A stretch of DNA of 64,000 nucleotides. Origin: Candidatus Omnitrophota bacterium (GTDB lineage Bacteria; Omnitrophota; Gorgyraeia; 1-14-0-20-64-10). This document shows, one piece after another, positions 63,380-64,000 of this stretch. The stretch lies in assembly GCA_023818695.1 (NCBI GenBank), contig JAMWCF010000001.1, forward strand, positions 275,306 through 339,305. The letters are read 5' to 3'. The number at the start of each line of letters is the position of its first letter. The stretch's first letter is position 1. The notes below the pieces were generated by a model, which did not search any database, was not told the DNA's origin, and saw only the letters and a program-made list of their open reading frames with translations. Position numbers and translations under genes: made by a program.

Positions 63380-64000
63380 ATGAAAATCACGGCGGTCTTC
63401 TGCGTCTACAATGAGAAGGAGTACCTGGAATGGGCCGTCCGTTCCATCCTGCCGGCGGTGGAGCGGGTGATCATCCTGCTGGGGACAGCACCTTACAACG
63501 CTTACAACCCGGACGCCAGGAACATGTCGCGGCCGGATGGAACGGAGACAATCGTGGACCGGCTGGCCGCGGCCGATCCGAAGATCACCGTCGTCAAGGG
63601 GATCTGGGAATCGGAGGTGGAACACCGAAACGCCGGGCTGAAACTCTGCCTGGAAGACGGGACCGATTACTACTGGCTGGTCGATGGAGACGAGTTTTAC
63701 CGGGAGGACCACGTCCGAAACATCCGCCGGGGGATCGAACAGCACCCTGAAGCGGGGACCTTCATCATCAAGTGCCACATCTTCTGGCGCTCCTTCCGGT
63801 ACCGGATCCCCGCCCAGGAAATGTCCTGGCGGCCCCGGCGGATCTTCAAGATGACCCGCTGGCGGACAATCCTCGGCATTCGGTTCCCGCACCGTTTGCG
63901 ATTCACCGGGCAGAACGAGACCAACAGTATCGGCATGGTCTATGAATTCCCCCCGGAGGAAGCGGTTTTCTACCACTTCTCCTACGCCCGGTCGTCTGAC
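63380..64000 (+). CDS. GT2-like glycosyltransferase, 3'-truncated by the window edge
   Basis: My own translation from ATG 63380 is MKITAVFCVYNEKEYLEWAVRSILPAVERVIIL...YYWLVDGDEFY (DxD). It stays open for 207 codons to nt 64000. It is absent from the ORF track because it has no stop in the window. Confidence 0.55.
   Translation, partial: MKITAVFCVYNEKEYLEWAVRSILPAVERVIILLGTAPYNAYNPDARNMSRPDGTETIVDRLAAADPKITVVKGIWESEVEHRNAGLKLCLEDGTDYYWLVDGDEFYREDHVRNIRRGIEQHPEAGTFIIKCHIFWRSFRYRIPAQEMSWRPRRIFKMTRWRTILGIRFPHRLRFTGQNETNSIGMVYEFPPEEAVFYHFSYARSSD

Noticed and set aside
1-64000. Looked for CRISPR arrays, tRNA/rRNA genes, IS elements or integrases, toxin-antitoxin pairs and defence-system hallmarks
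   Set aside because: I saw no direct-repeat/spacer periodicity, no cloverleaf-like or rRNA-like sequence, and no transposase, integrase, nuclease or helicase motifs. The window is saturated with glycan-biosynthesis CDS.

Overview
High-GC (about 60% by eye) bacterial window, apparently Gram-negative. Almost all of it is one co-directional (+ strand) cell-surface glycan biosynthesis super-cluster of about 57 tightly packed CDS. Only one CDS lies on the minus strand. I found no rRNA, tRNA, CRISPR array, transposase or integrase. All functional calls rest on motifs read by eye from the supplied translations; no database search was run.

Modules in order:
(1) Wzt-type ABC exporter ATPase, then NeuA, NeuB, NeuC, a CBS protein and a KpsS/KpsC-like protein.
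(2) Three glycosyltransferases.
(3) A CDP-3,6-dideoxyhexose module: RfbF, RfbG, an RmlC-like cupin, an SDR and the RfbH/E1 dehydrase.
(4) A PseB-like dehydratase, a cupin, a GT2/GT-C pair and a polytopic membrane protein.
(5) The only sizeable intergenic gap (19503..19589), followed by a wHTH regulator.
(6) A pseudaminic-acid-like block: PseG, an RmlD-like reductase, a carbamoyltransferase, a divergent NeuB paralog, PseF, a Gfo/Idh/MocA oxidoreductase, a GNAT, a class-III aminotransferase and PseI.
(7) Two acetamidino-forming modules (PP-loop amidotransferase with HisH/HisF homologs, one pair fused) plus a methyltransferase.
(8) A GT4, a Wzx-like flippase, and two more KpsS/KpsC-like paralogs flanking an antisense radical SAM/SPASM-like gene.
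(9) A frameshifted GT2, a methyltransferase and a GT-C; then a GT2, a GT1-DUF218 fusion, Fcl, an AsnB-like protein, a large membrane paralog and a GT4.
(10) An LPS-core-like end: an SDR, a WecA-like fusion, an O-antigen-ligase-family protein, two GT9 enzymes, a GT-C/ArnC-like pair and a 3'-truncated GT2-like CDS.

Most interesting points:
- The antisense radical SAM gene wedged between two KpsS-like paralogs.
- Three NeuB-family synthases matched by three KpsS-like candidate transferases.
- A NeuB paralog with both metal-ligand histidines replaced.
- Mirrored acetamidino modules, one containing a HisH-HisF fusion.
- Several unusual domain fusions.
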